Origin: Chrysomallon squamiferum
Lineage: Eukaryota > Animalia > Mollusca
Assembly: GCA_012295275.1 (NCBI GenBank)
Contig: CM022665.1
Location: forward strand, 26,102,001-26,166,000
Reading direction: 5' to 3'
Length of the DNA stretch: 64,000 bases
Both the position numbers and the translations under genes were made by a program. Positions within the stretch are counted from its first letter, which is position 1. Each line of letters begins with the position of its first letter. Shown in pieces: positions 27,483 to 39,640 of this stretch. The notes beneath the pieces were generated by a model, which saw only the letters and a program-made list of their open reading frames with translations, had not been told where the DNA came from and ran no database searches.

Positions 27483-30400
27483 ATGATGAAAACGTGGCGC
27501 GGTGCTAAGCACAGTCAAGATGTTGACGAGTTAGTAATAGCATTCTACTTCCGTTTAAATTAAATATTCTTTATGCTTGTATAGTTATCATCTGTTTATC
27601 AGCAGTATTTAATTTTTTAATAATGGACTACATATTTATTATCTGTATAGGTTGGACTATCGAATCTTCGGAAGTCTGTGCTATTTTGCAAGAATCTGTG
27701 TAATTTGTTTTTTTTTTTTGTTTTTTTTTTATTGTTTTTTGTTTGTGTTTAGATTCAGTTTCAATATCCGATGTTTCAAAAGAATCTTCAGACTCTTTGG
27801 GTTGATGTTCCCAGGGTGGTGCAGTCTGACAACATTTCTGTGTTTGTTTCTTCTGAGCTTGTCGATCCTGGGTAAATATTTTCTTATCTCCCTTGATTTC
27901 CCTTGAACAGAAAGTTATTATCGAGTGAATAAATGAAAGTGCATTGTTGTTAATTCCACAGCAATACTTTACATTTAGACCTCTTCATTGTAACCGTTAA
28001 ATGAAATTATTCTTGTGAAAGATATATTATAGCATCATAACTAGCTGGGCAGCCGAGTTTAGAACAAATTTCAAACAAATAACACTGATTTTTAAAGACA
28101 AGTTTATGTCACAGTGACTTCTTAAATCAAAAAATAGTCATCTAAATAACGGTAAACTTAAGTATAATTATTAATAGTATAATCTGAATCAGAGTTGTTG
28201 GTCACACATGTAACAGTATCATGAAAACATAAACAGAATTAGTTCTCTCTTATGAGTAATGTTTTATTGCAGTGGTTTTATTGTAGTGGATTTTATAAGG
28301 TAAATTTTGTAGGTTTTTTATTTTTGTCTTTCTTCTCAATTTTTTTTACTCCTGAGTAAATGTAGTATTATTTCTCTTGCTATCCTATACAGAAAAATAT
28401 AATTGTGCATAGTGATATATATTTGTATTTTAAATAATAATACATTTTTAAACATTACATAATAATAATGATAATAAAAGGTTTTATTACTATGAAATAA
28501 TATAATACAAATTTATTACTTTTAAATATTTTTTCTTCTTACACTGTTCACTGTATGAAGTTACTATCCATTTTTACTGCTATCACGATTATTGTTGCTG
28601 TTGTTATTAATATTATTATTTTTAATACAAGACACTACATTCCAATGTAACACATAAATTATTTATTTTCAGAGCAATTTGTAATCTACAACATAGGATT
28701 AGTTCCAAGCAAATTTTACAAAGTTCTTGGTGACAAAGATGAAAGTGGTTTCAGAGAAGAAATTACCAAAGCACTTGTGATTATTTTGGCAGAAGCTTTT
28801 GTGAGTGTTTTGTATTTCATATATTTTGTTTTTCTGTGTCAGATTGATGTAATCTTTACCAGCAGAAATAGTATGATACTTTAGTTAAAGCTACAGGAAT
28901 ACACAAAACTTTATCTATACTTCAATTGTGTGTGAATTCTGTTAATGTTATCTATTTAAATCATATATTTATATTTTATCTATACTTCAACTGTGTGTGA
29001 ATTCTATTGTTACCCATTTAACATCATAAATGTTTATTTTATCTATACTTCAATTGTGTGTGAATTCTGTTAATGTTATCTGTTTAAATCATATATTTAT
29101 ACTTTATCTATACCTCAACTGTGTGTGAATTCTATTAATGTTATCTATTTAACATCATATATTTATATTTTACATAGATTACAAGCACAATTACCTACGT
29201 GAGTTATATTCTGTACCTAACTTGGCGGGGAACAATCTGTACTGTACTTCATGGAAAATATTTCACTGGTGATCTGTATTATCACTTGAATGTCATAAAC
29301 AAAACAATAGATAACCCGTAAGTCTTCCTTTTATAGTAAATAAGCCTTATGTTAACATTTATTTAAGCTTTACTTTTCTAAAACTGTTTCCTTTTTTCCT
29401 TCTTTTTTTAAAATGGATTATTATTAATTCATTTGTTTTTATAAGATTGGTAAAACAGTGTGATCAAATAAATTCACTGTTGGACTTTTGGGAAATAAAC
29501 TATACTATATTGTTTCATCATTTGCTATTATTAACTGCTTCAGGAATACACAACAATAGATGCATGCACAGTGAGGTGACCCCAGACAAGGTGACATTTG
29601 AGTTACAGGGTGTTCGTTTGTCTTTACTCCCCACATTGTCATTTAAACTTTTTGCCTTTCTTTTGACCTTGCACAGTCCACTTGCTAGAGTTGAATTTGG
29701 GCCAATAAAATAAACATGTTTCATCCAAACTGTAAATATTCTCAGAGTACTAATCTGTTCGATTTTGCTGAAGTTGTGACTAAAAATGTTCTTTCCTGAA
29801 TTTCTGTAGCCATCCATTTTAATAATGAAAAGTTTTATTTACCGCCATTACATTGCATTAAAGTATTCAGGTGCATTCGCCCATTTTGCTTCTTTGTGCA
29901 AAAAGTCACGTAACGTTGTTCCACTGGCAAGTCTCCAAACATTATTTTCTAAAGAGGCTTGCAATTTCATCTTGTTTACGTTTTGGTTGAATTTCTTTAA
30001 AATATTATGTATCCTTTTTTTTTTTCACCAGTTTACTTTTGCATGCGACATCATTTTGTTGCTGCAATGTGATATACACGTAATTCGTAAATCGGTGAAA
30101 AAAGACAACACCCAAGACCTACAGCAAATACTGTTTATTAACAAGCACTGATGTGAATAACCTAACTTGGGCAGATATCTTTTTACTGCATCACTACCCA
30201 AAACTAATGCATGTTTAAACAATGTTTGTTGTGGTAGATCAGTCATCAGCTGCACATCAAAAATAATGTGACAGCTAATTAGAATGGATGACATAATATG
30301 CTTAAGATGTATTTCAATAATTGTTTGTTCTGTTTTAAAGATTAAACAATGCATGAAATAGGTATGTTCTTTCCACCTTCTTTAAATGACATGTTGGTTC

Positions 30401-31743
30401 CCAGTGCCTGAATATTTCATTGTAATGGATACTGTAATTGTGAGAGTTGACTGGATAGGTAAATAATTTGGGTAGTTTGATAAGAAATGGATTTCAACAT
30501 CGTAAAATATTGTTATTTTGGACAATAAATATATTTATGACAGCACTAGTTGTTTTCTTGCAGGGATCAGAGGTTAACACAAGATGTGGACAAGCTGTGT
30601 CGGTCTTTCAGCAACATTCTGGCACCAGTCATTATAAGTCCTTTTACAATCTCATATTATTTGTACCAGGCAGCCAAGAGGTATGCTTAAATATAGATGT
30701 GAATTAAAACTAACTAAACTGTAATGCTTGGTTAATCTTGCAAACAGTGTAAGAAAAAAATTCTCACGAAGTTGCCCACAGTGAGCATGATGAATTTTAC
30801 TGTTGAAAATGTACTGGAAAATATATGTACCTGTAAGCTAGAACATAAAGATATAGGAATGTTCTTTTTTTTTCCTTTCTTCAGTACTTATAATGTGTTT
30901 ATTTGGTTTTCTTATAGAGTGGGGTATATTTCAGTGGGAAAATGCCCACTCAGGATGTGGTGGGTCCTCAGATCAGTTCCTCCAAATGGATCCATTGAGC
31001 TATTTCTCATTCCAGCCTATACTCCACAGCTGATAATAAGAAATGGTGATGATGCTTGCTATACTGTATGTGACATGGTGCCTATAAAATATCCCTTGCT
31101 GCTATAGAAAAGAGTATGAAGTGACAGCAGCTGGTTGCCTCTTTCATTATTGAAGTAACAGTTAATCATAAGTCTGACACCATTTAACCCCAAAATTAAA
31201 AAATTTCAGTGTGTAGTTAAATAAAACTTTTCCTTCTTTTAGTACTTTTGTTGGTTAACTGTATGTTTTTACAAGTTCATTTTGTTTTATTAGCACAGGA
31301 TATATTGGACCAGTGAGTGTAATACTTTTCTTCTTAGTTGTCTCCACCATCAATCGATTCCTTATGTCACCAGTGGTGAAAATGGTTTTCAAACAAGAGA
31401 AACATGAAGGAGAGTTTAGGTAAAATTATCACTTGTTCGTACTTGAAACTTCATATGTTACTTACTGTTTCTCACTAACACAAATAGCCTCCATTGCAAA
31501 ATTGTAGCCTGTGATGGCCATAAAATAATGTTTTAAATGTGTAAATTAGAGGTACATGTTTCATATTTCTTTATAAAAATTATTTAATTTTGTTAATTCC
31601 AAAAACAGGCTGTACCTATTTAGCAATAGGTCATGGCATCAACCCTTTCACAGTGTTCTTTGATCTTTTTCCCAACATGCTGTGATTGTTTATGTTTTTA
31701 AAAAATTAAAAGTTCAGAAAAAATCTGTTGTAAATATGTTTTA

Positions 31744-31789
<46 letters not shown>

Positions 31790-33291
31790 TCTTTTTTTGT
31801 TTTTGTTTGTTTTGTTCTTTAAATGTTTTAAAATCATAATGAAATGTTAATGTTTATAAAGATTTTGTTGAATTGGTCAAGTCTTACCAGTAATGAACAA
31901 ATCTAAAGTTTATAAAAAAAAATTAAATTTCTTTGTTAGGTTCAAACATATGCAGATGCGAGTCAATGCTGAATCTGCAGCTTTCTACAAAGGTGGGGAG
32001 ATTGAAGAAAAAAAGACAAACCAAAAGTTGCAAGCGCTTTTGAAGATACAACATCGCTTGATCCTGAGACAGTATGCTTTAAATTGTACGTTTAATATAA
32101 ACAGTGGTTTGTTTACACCTCTCACGCCTATCAGTATACATACATCTTGTATATCTGATTGTTTAGGCATCATAACTGTCGTGTTTTTTTTCAGAATAAA
32201 ATCTTCATGAATCCTGCTTATTCTGGTTCACCATGACCCCATTATTATTATTATTATTATTATGTACAAACAGAATTTGCACCACCATTCCATTCAGATT
32301 TTGTAGCAGAAGTTTAGCCTTAGTATTTCAAAATGTTTAATTTTATATTTTTCATTTTTTAAATGAGTATCTTTTGCTCTGACTATCTCCCTCTGTCTGT
32401 GTCTCTCTCTCTTTTCTCACCTCTTTCTTTCATCTGTCTCTCTGTGTGTGTATGTATGTATGTATAAACAGATTTTGTATTTAAATATATTTTACTGCTT
32501 CAGATGCCAGTGCTCTAGAGTATTTATTTAATACATTTCAGGTTCTGTGAAATCAGCAGACTACATTGGTAGCATTATCAGCTATGTAGCCCTGGCTGTC
32601 CCCATCTTCCTTGGTAAATTTGACAATTTGTCTCCATCAGATCTTTCAGCACTAATAAGCAAAGTAAGCTTTTCAATCTAAACTTCACATAATTAATTTG
32701 GTCACAATATGCAAAGTATTAATACCACTACCTATCTGTAAAAATTTCATCTATGGTTGAAGTAGATGATACCTGTGCATCATTCTAGATTGATGAAAAT
32801 GTCTAGTGGTGCATCAGAGATTTTGTTATAACTCAGTATCAGAAGTACAGCGCCAGTAAAAGTTTGGATTACTATATCAGTAATTAAAGGTACTCAAGAG
32901 GTTAATAAACAAAATATAAATTTTAATAAGTGATACCATGTTTGTTAGTGAAAATGCAGGGCTCACTCTTTGTAATTTTACCTTAAGTTTATAATAATTT
33001 TAGTATTATTTAAAATAATTGTATTCAGGTAAATGTAGCCTGTAAGCTTGTTCATTTGAATATATTATTAAAAACAAAATTCATAGTTATTTCTTGGAGA
33101 GTACTTTTAATTCAGTTGACAAGTCTTTCAGTGTTTTCTCAATTTTGACAGGATCAGATTATTAAATGTGGTATTACTTCACATTCAGTAACTTAAAATG
33201 TATCTTCTATACCAGGGGTTGGCAACCTTTTGGAGAGAGGGGGCCAGACAGCTATGCAATGTTTTAGAGGAGGGTCAGGATATCAAATGTA

Positions 33292-33326
<35 letters not shown>

Positions 33327-36300
33327 AACACACACACACACCGATATCTCTCTCTCTCACTTCTATCTTTAAATAATGGCACCATTGGTCTGCAGGTTTA
33401 AACAAACAACAACGAAGTTAATGTAATAACTGGTGTCCAAGTGTTCAGTTGGCGGGGTGGACTAAAATCCCTCGCTGGCCTGATATGGCCTAGGACCAAG
33501 GGTTGCCAACACCTGTTCTACAATATATAATATGAAATGTTCTTTTTATATTGGTTACATGTAACCTATACAGTGAGAATAATTATTTATTTAATTAAGG
33601 ATTTTATCTTATCACAACAATATTTTGAAATAGATATATCTTTATAAATTTGTTTATTTATTATTAGAATTGTTTCTGTAACATATTTATAAGTTTTCAA
33701 GTTAAATGATTAAGTTTCTTACAATATTTAACAATCATTTTCTTCTATATTTATGTGAACTTGTTTGTATGTACACTGTATATGTAAAACTGTTATTTTT
33801 TTTTTTTCAGAATGCCTTTGTAACAATTTATCTAATCAGCTGCTTCACCAAACTGATAGATCTTTCAGCAAAAATCACAGATGTTGGAGGTAATGCACAC
33901 AGGTCAGTTATCTATATAATGACAAATGATGAGTCAAGTGCTTTTAACCTGTTTTGCTAAATAAGCCAACTGTCAGTTATCAGATGTAAATTGATATACA
34001 TGACAATATTAAATTTCAGTAAGTTTATATTATAAATTATTTTTATTTACTTCTTGCTTTCATCTTTTATTTAGTAAAATTTTGGTAACAGCAATTTATC
34101 TATAATGGTTTAGAGTTTTTGTTACAATACTTTAAAAAAAAAGTATTATCAAATCTTTTTGCTTCTTTAGATAACTTATTTAATATTGAGTCAAATAAAC
34201 GCCATGACAGACTTTTTTTATTTAAAAACTATTTTGCAGAGTTGGACAACTTCTGGAAATTCTGACTTCATTAAATAGTAAAAACAATGAATCCCACAAC
34301 AAACATCACATCAGGTGAAAATATTTATTTTAATTTCAGTCTAGCAATTACTAAAAACAATTTTTAATAAAAAAGAGTAAAAATCAAACAAAATTTTGAA
34401 ATAAAAATATAACAAAAAAGTCAATCAAATAACACTTAACTCTGGTTTCCTGGCAATAGGGAAAAAAAACAGAAATAAAAAAACTGACATCTGTGTGTTA
34501 TACAAGAAACACTTAATAAATGTTTGAAATGAAATAATAATTATTTCACAAAAGACAGTTTTATCTGTACTTAGTTATTGGGTGTTTGAAATAAATAGCA
34601 CAACAAAATGTTTTTATCTATGATATAAAAATCACTGCTTAAACACTTGATGTGATACAAACATTTCAAACCCCTCCACAAAAAACTACTGATTATTTTT
34701 AACTATTTCAACAATATATATGTATTTCTGCTGCCAAAAATCTGATGTTAAACAAATATTTTACAGATCCCAAGATACTGATATAGAAATAACATCAGAA
34801 ACATGTTTAGTAGTCCGTGAGGACGCTGGTGTTCCTGTTCAAAGGTCTCACACAATGTTATCAATAATTAACCTTTCATTTGGTCCACCAAACTCTTCAG
34901 ATATTTTGTGTAGAAGTAAGTAAATATACTTTATTAGTTCATCAACAAAACTGTTGTGTACTTGAATTTTTCTTTCACAAAAACGTGGTGTGTGCAAACT
35001 GATTAAATACAGTCTGTATTCTCAAAGTTTTATGTTTTATCTGTTAGTTCTTTATTAATAATAAAGTTCAGAAAACCATGAGATTTTTTAGCCTGTTTTC
35101 ATTTTTTTTTTTTTTTTTAATTGTTTACATTTTCATGTATATATAATGGTTGACAAAGGAATAAAATAATTTTTCTATACTTATATATATATATTTATAT
35201 TTTTTTTTTTTTTTTTTTAAATCTTCTATTTATAAAGGTAAACAAGATGCTAAAATTTTTGTTTTGTTTTACATTCCTATGTACAATGTGTTTAAAATGT
35301 CAAATTAGGTACTAGAAACTACTATAAATATATTATTTTCAGATTTAAGTTTTGATCTGAATTGTGGTGAGAACATACTGATAACAGGAGACAGTGGTTG
35401 TGGTAAAAGTTCTTTACTGCGAGTAATCAGAGGTCTTTGGGCACCCACATTAGGTTATCATTTTGTTTATTTTTATTTTAATGATACTTGTTGTAAATCA
35501 TTAAATGAAAACATTAATTTAATGCCTGTTGTTAAGGTCAAATTAAAATGCAACTTTTAATTAATATAAATAATATATATTTTGCAATATGTATTTTTGT
35601 TCCATTTTGGGAGGGGTGTTTTTAAAATATTATTCCGATACTAAATTATTTGTGTTTTGCTTTTATTATTATTTTTTTATTTTTTTTTTTATTTTTTTTT
35701 TATTTTAATTTTTTATTTTTTTTTTTAGACTGTACAATTTGAGTATTATATTAACTCCTACAACATTCACCTGAAATTATTTTATTACACAGGAAGTGTT
35801 AAAAGTCCCGCAGTTCTCAGTTCAGAGGTTTTGTTTTTTCTTCCTCAGAAGCCATTTTTCACAAACGGAACACTCAAAGAACAGGTTCAGCTTTTGTTGT
35901 TGTTGGTTTTTTTTAATGATGTTTGAATGTCTGATTGTGTGAGTGGGTGGTATGCATACATGTGTGTGTGCATGAGTATATATTATGGTGAATCTGTATT
36001 TTTGTGAATTAGGAGTAGGCTATACATTAGTGTTTTTAATGCAAGGCTGTTAATCATATTTAAATGTTTTTTGAATTTTTATTTTGAGAGAGTGAGAAAT
36101 TAATGTTTTTTGTCTATTTCTGTTTCTTCCCAGATTATTTATCCAAAGGAATTACATGAAGTAAACAATGGTAAGTTTATATAGTTTTTGTTTCACAAAT
36201 GTCACTGGCACAGGTTACTAAATTCTCTGATAGACATAAAATAGGTGTAACAAGTGTTTACTCATAAAGAAAAGACAGTTAATATTTTTTTAGATAATGC

Positions 36301-38054
36301 CTTTTAAATATTACTGTTTTTAATTCATTTGCTGCTTTTGAGAGCATGTTTGTGTTTGTTCAGCTGTATTTTAGTGTGTGTACTTACAGCATTTGATTGT
36401 ATAAGAAAAATGTATGTGCTAAAATAAATGCACTTAATTTGTACATTGTTTTAAACTGTTTATTAAAAATAATGATCTGCATATAATTACACTTTATTTA
36501 AAAAAAAAAAAATGTTTTATTACATTTATATCTTTATATTTATTGAGTAGATTTTCTACCTTTCTATTTATTTATTTATTTATTTATTTATTTATTCACA
36601 GATACAGAGAACATACTTTCCTACATTGTCTATGCAGATCTACAAGTTATTTTAGACAGAGTTGGTGGCTTGGATTGTGGAGCGGATAAGAACTGGTTGG
36701 TTCAACAATTGTTACAGATAAAAAAAAAAATACTAAAGTATTTTTTCAGTTTGATATTTTAGATATTAAATATTCATAACACAAATATATGTTTGTGTTT
36801 ATGTTTGTGAAATATTTATTTAACATCCGCCTAATATAATAGAAATTTTTGTTTGCTTAATTAATAGTAAAGATTGTTATATAGCATAAATATTTTTTTT
36901 AAATGTAATTGTTTAACATACTCTGATATAATGCAGATTTAATGTTTGTTTTAACATCCATATGTTTGGGAGCAAAGGTTTTTGAAATAAGAGGCATTTT
37001 TAACAATGGTGATTTTTATATCATGGATACAATTATTTTTGTGAAATGTTTCAAATATCTAATTTGCAGTAGGTTTTCTTTTACCTTTATCTATGACGTT
37101 CAGCATTCAGATAGTTGGCAGAAGTTTTTATATAAAGGATACAAGTATTTTTAAAAATATTTTAAAATACCCAACAGCATTATAATTTTTTTTTTTTTTT
37201 TTCTCACTGTAAAATATTTGTTTAACATCCAGATTTTTGGCAGCAGAGATACATATATATTGGTGAAGTATTTCAAAATATTAGTTTTATAATTTAAAAA
37301 AAAATATATTTTACATGTATAAGATTACATATTTTGACCACCGTCCAAGCAGTCAAAAGTGTGGATATAATTAAAATAACTAGCTTAGTTCTTCATGTTC
37401 TTGTACAGTGTCTTAAAATTAACATATTATTTATTGTTACAGGTATGATGAATTGTCACCTGGCGAAATGCAGAGATTGTCTTTTGTCCGTTTGTTTTTC
37501 CATAAGCCCCAATTTGCAGGTAACACAATAATGATTTATATCGGATATTTGTTACATTTTAAGGAAATTTATTTATTTAATACCAGAAGACAACATAAAA
37601 AAAAAAAGTAATAATAAAAATATAAAAAAAACATGTCAACAGCTTTTTCCACAAATCAGTATCATTAACATGTTTAAATCGCAAGTTAATTTTTTATTTT
37701 TTTTCAAGTTCAAAAACTGTCATAGAAAATTAAAATCACAGCAGCAGTATTAGTGATTATTGTGACCACTTTCACTGATTGATTAGACTTTCATTATATC
37801 ACTGATGTGTGGTGCATTAAAAATTTACCTGATTATAAATAAAAATTATTTTATGTTTTTACATGAAGTATTTGTAAATTTATTGACATTCATTTTCTGT
37901 ATATTTAATACACAATGTTCATTAGATACCTGTTATTTGTTTGTTTTGTACACAATTTTAGTATATGTTGCTATGTAATTTATTCATTTCCAAATAATAA
38001 ACCTAGCTTATGTACTTTTTTTTTTAAATCAGATACTGAGCACATGTATGGATA

Positions 38055-38096
<42 letters not shown>

Positions 38097-38693
38097 TGTG
38101 AGTGTATTCCTGCATTCTTTTGTGAATGCCTTTATGCAGCATGTAATGTTTTGTTTTGTTATATCTGTACTTCTGTGTTTTTAATTATTGCTGATGGTCA
38201 GTTTATAAGTATAGTATATAAAACTGTGTAATGCACTGAGATAACTATTTACACTGAACTGTGTAATGTACTAAGTTAATTCTTTAGGTTGAACTATGTA
38301 ATGTACGAAGTTAATTCTTAATTCTTTACCTGGAACTATGTAACTACTAAGTTAATTATTTACATTGTACTATGTAATGTACTAAGTTATTTCTTTAGGT
38401 TGAACTATGTAATGTACGAAGTTAATTCTTAATTCTTTACCTGGAACTATGTAACTACTAAGTTAATTATTTACATTGTACTATGTAATGTACTAAGTTA
38501 TTTCTTTACAGTGCTGGATGAGCCAACCAGTCAGATTGGTGTGGACATGGAGGAGAAGTTGTACACTAAATGCAAGGAGCTGGGGATCACATTAATGAGT
38601 GTGGGTCATCGCGACACTGTTAGAAAATACCATAACAGGGAACTACATCTGGATGGGAATGGAGGATGGATCCTGTATGACATAAACAACTAA
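27483..38693 (+). CDS. ABCD4: Lysosomal cobalamin transporter, ABC subfamily D member 4 (17 coding exons, 617 aa)
   Basis: GT-AG exons in consistent phase: 27483-27529, 27753-27871, 28673-28800, 29178-29317, 30564-30680, 31294-31419, 31940-32085, 32542-32663, 33811-33902, 34240-34314, 34767-34915, 35343-35453, 35793-35884, 36134-36170, 36602-36695, 37443-37519, 38512-38693 (1854 nt). Diagnostic peptides: [33 protein letters not shown] (EAA region), [19 protein letters not shown], Walker [18 protein letters not shown], signature [11 protein letters not shown], Walker B AVLDE, H-loop SVGHR. Exon 1 and the start codon are the least certain parts. Confidence 0.95.
28909..29175 (+). repeat. Minisatellite, 4 x ~64 bp, abutting the ABCD4 exon 4 acceptor
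   Basis: Units begin ttatctatac at 28911, 28976, 29039 and 29104, alternating caattg and caactg variants. Confidence 0.9.
30917..31240 (+). mobile_element. Near full-length decayed tRNA-derived SINE (MESC/Meta-core-like) in ABCD4 intron 5
   Basis: A-box remnant tatttcagtgg, B-box remnant gatcagttcc, central ggtgcctataaaatatcccttgctgctatagaaaagagt, and 3' gttaaataaaacttttccttc. It matches from memory an abundant gastropod SINE. Three more fragments of its 3' end occur in this window. Confidence 0.7.
33213..33515. mobile_element. hAT/Charlie-like MITE (303 bp) in ABCD4 intron 8
   Basis: 15-bp TIRs caggggttggcaacc and ggttgccaacacctg (one mismatch). 8-bp flanks ttctatac/ttctacaa (6/8). Internal (CA)n. 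Confidence 0.8.
38222..38513 (+). repeat. Minisatellite, 8 x ~35 bp with a 111-bp higher-order period, ending in the ABCD4 last-exon acceptor
   Basis: Units start at 38222, 38257, 38292, 38334, 38368, 38403, 38445 and 38479. The block 38292-38402 is repeated almost exactly from 38403. Confidence 0.92.
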
Positions 38694-39194
38694 ATTACAG
38701 TATAATTTTGATTATCTATTGTCTTCAGTAACAATTAATTGTGGCCGTTTTGCTTTGATTTATCAGTTATTATTTTTTTATTAATAATATTATATATACA
38801 GGCATCATTCTACCTGCAAATTAGTGACAGTGTCTAGTAACAAGAACAAAATCATTTTTAAAAAATGTCAAATTAGGATGTGTACACCATTTACATATCT
38901 TTCTAATAAGCTACATTAGCTGACATTGGCCAAAGTATTTTTTTACTCTTTGAGTACAGTATTTTACTTTTTATATATCCCATGGATATATACCTCTTTT
39001 TCAGGCGCCTGTGTGTATTTTATTTACTGTTAGTTATTTCTTATTTTAGTCCCATTAATTTTGTTTTGCTGTGTTCATATTGGTCTCTGCTCTTTTATGA
39101 GGTTATTGTCTTTGACTGAGCAGGCGCTTGAACATTGTAGACTTTTTCTATTTAATCTAGTTGAAGTTTTGCATCAAAATGAGATTTAAAATAA

Positions 39195-39640
39195 TGGCAG
39201 CTGTATTATAACCAACATACATTTCACCTAAATGAAAAGAATGCCCAGAGAACACACTGGAAATGTGTTAACTTGTTGTGTCTGTATGCAGTATATTGCA
39301 GATGGCAAAATAGATGCAGCACATCCAAGTGATGCAGCCATTCATTAAACATGTAGGTTAAGATTATAATTATGCTAATTCTGAAGATTTACAGTGATGA
39401 AATCTTCAGTCTGATAAAGGTATGGTATCTTGACTATACTGTGACGAAATCCTATCCAGATACTATCCATGCCAAACCTGAAGGATATACTCACAACATA
39501 ACCAGAGAAACAAATTCTTATTGCTAATAACTGCTTAGTTTGTTAGCTTTTGACAGCACACTGTCAATCAGGCAAAAGGGTAATTCACAAGTTCTGGGTC
39601 ATAGGTAGATCCTTTTTAGTACATATCAACAACTTCTGTG
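39195..39640 (+). mobile_element. Decayed Mutator-like (MULE) transposase relic with FLYWCH-type N-terminus
   Basis: Broken frames read LYYNQHTFHLNEKNAQRTHWKC...C (from 39201), LYCDEILSR (39434), MPNLKDILTT (39469) and GRSFLVHINN (39604). This is the order expected for invertebrate FLYWCH-MULE transposases. Stops and frameshifts throughout. Recognised by eye only. Confidence 0.45.

Noticed and set aside
27650-27752. Alternative acceptor tatag|GTT upstream of ABCD4 exon 2
   Set aside because: It would add a poly-T-derived stretch. The acceptor at 27752/27753 fits the conserved protein.
36820-37290. Short recurring tttaacatcc...ttgg.agca blocks in ABCD4 intron 15
   Set aside because: Probably an old, diverged local duplication. 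It is too degenerate to define units.
38222-38513. ~35-bp periodic array superficially like CRISPR
   Set aside because: Units are contiguous with no unique spacers, there are no cas genes, and the context is a eukaryotic intron.
38512-38545. ABCD4 D-loop reads DEPTSQIG rather than DEATSALD
   Set aside because: The D-loop is already degenerate in ABCD4 proteins and all other ATPase motifs are intact, so this is not evidence of a pseudogene.
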